Of a DNA stretch of 64,000 bases, positions 59,201-64,000 are shown one piece after another. Source of the DNA: Amoebophrya sp. A120 (taxonomy: Eukaryota > Protista > Dinoflagellata); NCBI GenBank assembly GCA_905178155.1, contig CAJINV010000002.1:11472591-11536590 (forward strand). Direction: 5' to 3'. How positions within the stretch are numbered: the first letter of the stretch is position 1; every line of letters starts with the position of its first letter. The notes beneath the pieces are model-generated. The model did no database searches and had not been told where the DNA came from. It was given only the letters and a program-made list of their open reading frames with translations. The position numbers and the translations under genes were made by a program.

Positions 59201-61258
59201 AGAAACGAACTTTACCGGAAAGAACTCCTGCTCCTGGCCAGCCGGCGTCTTCACAGTTGCCGTTTCCCGCGCCGATTTCTGGGTCGGGGACCTGATGGCA
59301 TGAGGGTCGGACGGCGCGTGGGATATTGACGCGGCCGACGTCAGTTCGGTCCATGCGTCAGGCAAGTGCAGACCCAGAAAAGACGCACCCCTCGCGCCAG
59401 CTAGCGGCAAGACCTCCTTGATGTCCTCCCCGACCGAGCCGTGCGCGTCGGCGGGGCGCAGACCCGTCGGCTGCGACTGCGCTAGCTTCTTGGTGGTTCC
59501 ACGGTCTCCTGTACCTCCCACCGCGCCGGATGGCCCATGCCCCGAACGACCCGCTTCCCTGCCGTCTGCTTGTTGTTGTTCCCTTGTTCCGCTAGTAGAA
59601 TCCCCCTCTTTATTGGGAAGGTGGTCCACCTTCTGTCCGTGCGCCTTCGCGTACAGCTCCCGCCACTTGGCCATGCGGGGGGAGGACCAGGGATCGTCGA
59701 TGTACTCGTGCGACATGCGCGACAGCGCGATAGCGGTGCAAAGAATGATTCCGCCGCAGCAGCCCAGCGGGTACCGCCAGTACGTTTCGGGGAGCAGTCC
59801 GGTCGCCTGGTACCCCAGGAGCGAACCAACCGGCCCGCAGATCAACGCCAGACTCAGCCACATGTTCTCCGACCCCGGGCCCGCAAACTCCGGCGCCCAC
59901 ACGCACACATACACCACCGCGAACACCTGCGTGCCCCCGACGAAAAACCGCGAAGCCACCATCGTCCAGACGGACGGCGACACCGCCAGCGCGCACGTGG
60001 CCAGCCCGTTGCACGCCATGCCAATCGTCAGGACGGTCTTCTGACTGTGGTTCTGCAGCAGTTTGCCGCCCGGGTACGCTGCGATGGCCAGACCGAAGTA
60101 GGTGATAAAAAGCAAAACACCCTCCTGCATGGGGGTCGACTGGTATCCGTTCCGCAACACTTGCAGGACCACGGCAAGCGCTCCCGCGTCTACGTTCACC
60201 AACATGTTGATTACCAGCAAAATGATGAACACACAAATCACTTTGCCGCGGTTCTCGCGGGGGTGCACTCCTCTGCTCAATACCTTGTTCGGGTCTGCTT
60301 TTAGGAGGTTTGCGAAAAACCCACCTTTATCTGTAGATGTTTTTTCCCCTGTATTGTTTTCATCTCCTTGCGGTCCCGCTCCCGTGGCACTCTTCGATTC
60401 CTCGACATTTTTCTGCAACAAGGGCTGCTGTACTTCTGCTAAAGCGCTAGTATGACCGAAGGGCCCTCCTGGCGGGTTTATTTCGTCGTTCGCCGGCTGC
60501 GTGTTCGCAGCGTCGGTGCTAGTACCTGCTGCGGGACTATCTGTTTTGCCCCCTCCTTCCGGCGTGGGCGGCGCTTCGAGCTTGGCAGCAATGCAAGGAA
60601 TCGAGCACAGAAGGGCTACCACGATAAGAATGATCAGACCTGCCAGAATGTTGGAGGCTATACCAGCCTCTTCGTCGATATTGTAGAGAAGTCCACCGGT
60701 GGTCGCGTTCGTCGTGCTGCTCAAGAATAAACCGGACGTGCCATTGGAGCTGGTTAAACCGTGATCTGGCAAATGTTGATCCACTGGATTCGAAGCGTTG
60801 TCGGCGCTGGTGTTCGTTACCGGCACAGGCTCGGCAACTTTTGCTACATCGAGCATACTTGATGTTCCCCTCCCGGATTCGGCAACTGTAGGGAAGATCC
60901 TTTCACCCGGTGAGGGGTTGTGCGTTGCGTGCACTTCTTGGACTTGCGACGCTGCTGACGCCTCGGAAACTTTATGTCGATTCGTCCTCACCAGTACTTT
61001 TCTTCTTGTTCTTTGCAGAGCTCTACTTCGGTCACCAGAACGACGGCTTTCATCCCGTGCAGCTGCAACAGGTCGTGATGTGCCAGCTCTACTCGGCAAA
61101 CCGCCTCTTCCTGAGCGCCCGTAGACGTACGAAAACACCGGCGGGAGCAGCAAAGCAAACTTTCCTAACATCATCTTTGCCGAATGCATTTTTCTGGATG
61201 GTTGCTTCTTCGGGCTTTCTTCCCGCGGAGACTTGTTCCTCACGCTGAAGGATTCCAC
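56293..61258 (-). CDS. Spinster-like MFS transporter with long N-terminal, central and C-terminal extensions (~1580 aa)
   Basis: Two hydrophobic helical bundles: NMLVNVDAGAL...SRFFVGGTQVFAVVYVCVWAPEFA...GPVGSLLGY and GPPGGVVLGGVIADRIG...VIPHKSRALASA. Removing E7 fuses ORF 57914..61258 to 56293..57849 (EAE-DRLHD), 4752 nt. Confidence 0.85.
57729..57937. mobile_element. Introner E7: 209-bp TIR element of a distinct family, TSD CTCCG
   Basis: Left end TATGCAAGAAAAAAACTGTGTGAGTGTAACT; reverse complement of right end TATCCAAGAAAAAAACTGTGTTAGTGTAACT. CTCCG at 57724-57728 and 57938-57942. Confidence 0.9.
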
Positions 61259-63001
61259 TAATCGTGTCGCACCGGCGGCGTCAGGATGTTCCCTTTACCC
61301 GCGGAACTTGCCGGACGATGACGTGTCTCGAGTGAAGGTTGGTCCGTATAGAAACGGTTGCTATGCGCAATCATGATTTGTGTGCGGGAGTTCTTCAACA
61401 ACTAAACAACTACTTTTCTGTTTGTTCTGAACATTGGAAATTTAATTCTCGCTTGCGAGATGCCACACATGATAAGATGGGGGTTCTCTACTTGTCATAC
61501 TTCCAAACCTAATTTGTGATTTCAACTGCTAGTGTGTTATCTAGGGCGTAGGGATAATGGGCATCACAAAGGACAATGCTGATTCGCAGCACACCTGTTC
61601 AAATTCGTTTCGTCAGATTGGATGTGAACCGGGTCTTCAGACTTCTGAAACTGTAGCTGTACTGAGTTTGCGACGATGGATTTGAGTTGCACGACAGACG
61701 AAACGCTGGTGATGTTTGATTCTGCTTGGTACGAAAAATGACGAAAGGCACCGACACGAAAAGACGAAAAGGGAAATGTATTCTTTGTGCACGAAATCGG
61801 CTAGAAAGTGTGACCGAAGTACGATCGCAACGCGGCACGAAACGTACTTGGAACGATATCTTATCGTGGGAATGAATAAAATGCTAAACCACTGTTGGCA
61901 TCTCAAATTTAGCTATACGCAAGACAACACGACCGTTGGGGTCGTCGACCGAGCACCACGATTTCGCTACGAACATCTACACAGACACAGTGCGTGGCAT
62001 GAGGTTAATTCATAATCACAAGCTATAGCTAAACGAGATGGTCCGTTTATTCAACTCAACGCACTGCGAAAAGGCAGGTGCTTGATGATGCAGAACATCG
62101 TAGATTCCAAAAATCCGGATAGCGATACAGCAAGCCAGCCTGCCGGCGTTATTGAACATCGGACGAAAGATTCACCTCTCTTTACGTTTCCCAGACTACA
62201 CTTTTTCTTCCAAAGATTCTAAGCGAAGGAAGGTGCTGAAATTTTTATCAGAAGCAGTTTATTACAAAACCAACAAAAGATCAAGGTACTTAAGTATTTT
62301 CCTATTCGTCTAATTTTTATTGCTTTTGGGAAGTCTAGTTACTGTCGGCCGCGGAGCAGAAACACATCGTGAGAAATGGGTATGACTCAGGTCCACTATT
62401 TCTTTGTTGAAAGTGTCGGTGTCCTCCTTCGTACAGTAGGCAACTTTGGCCTACTGAGGTACTTAAAAACTAAAGTGGGCTTTCTTGCTTCTGCCGCTCT
62501 ATTGTGCAATTCCGAGTGCAGCTCCTGTTGCGATGGACCACAACTGGCCGGATTTGCAAAGTCTGCTGATGAAGCCGCCTTAGGGTCAGGAACAGGATCA
62601 GCTCTGTTTTTCCGGGCCATTAAACCCGTCACCGTGCTCCTGGACGTACTAGCCAGAGGAGCGCGACCCAAAACAGCACGTTGTCAACGCCAACGGATGC
62701 GCGACTGAAGACAACAGCGGAGACGAAGCTGGACGTTATTTCTATTGATCTTCGTTACTATTTGCTTCTAGAAAAGAAGGAACAAAAGTATTCCAGTATT
62801 GATATTTCTTGAAAGAGAAAGAAGGACGTCGACCGTCTACCATGACTACATCGGATCAAGGCTGCGTGAGCTGCTATCAGTCGCGCAAGGACATTCGCCT
62901 TTCTTATGCCGAAATCTTTTAACAAAGAAACGGGAAATCGACTATAAACTCTTTTCCGAAATCTTTTTCTTCCGAAAATAATGATTTTTTAAAACTTTGC
63001 C

Positions 63002-63973
63002 CTAGCCCATCATTTCATCCATCATCATGTCGGCTTCAGCTGGATACCCGCCTTCCATCATCCCCTCTTCTTCCACAGTATGCTAGTGAAAATTCATGTC
63101 TGCGTCGGATCAAAAGCAAACAGTGCTGGAGCGAAACCATGTACAAATTTGCACATACTTATGATAAGAGACAATTGCATTCTTGCTTAATGCAAATTGA
63201 TTTTGAGGCGACGTAGACGAAGTTTTATTTCCACCGTAGTCATCGAATGGCAAATCGGCTTCCGGCTCCATCCCGGTTTTGAATTTCGCCACCGCTTTGG
63301 CGCCGTCTTGGATGGCGTGTTTGCTGAGCTCCCCGGGGAGGATCAACCGAGCCGCGGTTTGGATTTCCGTGGCCCCCAACGTCTTCTTCCCCGTCAGCCG
63401 CAACAGCTTCACCGCCTCCGTGGCAATGCGCTCGAACAAGTCGCTCGCGAAGGAATCCAGGATCTGCATCGCCTTGCCGGACAGGGTGCACTCGTCGTGG
63501 TGGACCGTTTTCAACACCTTGTGGATGTACAGGTTCCAGGAGGTCGGCTTGTTGCCCTTCTTTCCCTTTTTCTTCTTCATGTCGTTCGGGTCCTTGATCA
63601 CCTTGTCCTTCTTCTCCATCTTGTCCTTCTTGAAGTGTTTCCCCTTCTTGTCGTCCTTGAACTTTTTGTCCTTGTACTTCTTGTCCTTGTCCTTCATCTT
63701 GTCCTTGTCCTTCATTTTGTCCTTGTCCTTCATTTTGTCCTTGTCCTTCATCTTGTCCTTGTCCTTCATTTTGTCCTTGTCCTTCATCTTGTCCTTGTCC
63801 TTCATTTTATCCTTGTCGTCCTTGTCCTTCATTTTATCCTTGTCCTTCATCTTGTCCTTGTCCGTCGCCAGCTTGTAGTCCAGCTTCATTTTGTCCTTCT
63901 CCTTCTCCTTCAAGGCCTTCTTGCTGCCACCCAGCAGGTACCCATCCTCCTCAACCATGTCGTAGGACGACAT
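63002..63973 (-). CDS. H2B: Divergent histone H2B with a long KDKDKM-repeat N-tail and a probable acidic C-terminal exon
   Basis: Histone fold SWNLYIHKVLKTVH...SGKAMQILDSFASDLFERIATEAVKL...KKTLGATEIQTAARLILPGELSKHAIQDGAKAVAKF. Probable last exon EEEGMMEGGYPAEADMMMDEMMG* ends at 63002; the junction is unresolved. Confidence 0.85.
63680..63863 (-). repeat. Coding 18-bp tandem repeat, about ten copies, encoding KDKDKM
   Basis: Repeated TTGTCCTTGTCCTTCATY on the + strand. Confidence 0.95.
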
Positions 63974-64000
63974 GACTTTTGCTTTGTTGATACGCTGTGC

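Noticed and set aside
58022-60304. Long plus-strand ORFs (e.g. 58022..58831, 59537..60304, also 54253..55098)
   Set aside because: Antisense shadows of GC3-rich minus-strand coding sequence.

Overview
Gene-dense eukaryotic genomic DNA of roughly balanced GC. All 15 supportable protein-coding genes lie on the minus strand as one unidirectional block. This layout, the alveolate-type proteins and the inverted-repeat introns suggest a syndinean dinoflagellate such as Amoebophrya (inference). Recognisable genes are a PRP4 spliceosomal kinase, a CCDC153/DRC12-like protein, MYCBP, a SAM methyltransferase, a Spinster-like MFS transporter and an unusual histone H2B. The main signal is seven MITE-like elements of 209-281 bp inside coding exons. 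Each starts TAT, ends ATA, has long terminal inverted repeats (TIRs) and is flanked by an exact 5-bp target-site duplication (TSD). In all seven cases, removing the element plus one TSD copy restores the reading frame, although most lack GT-AG ends, so they behave as introners. They share an internal GCATNAC motif, and four occur as opposed pairs around micro-exons. Also present are a 1.6-kb LTR-like direct-repeat structure, a 1.2-kb element with a palindromic 39-bp repeat array, and a candidate structured ncRNA. Splice sites were read by eye and need RNA evidence.
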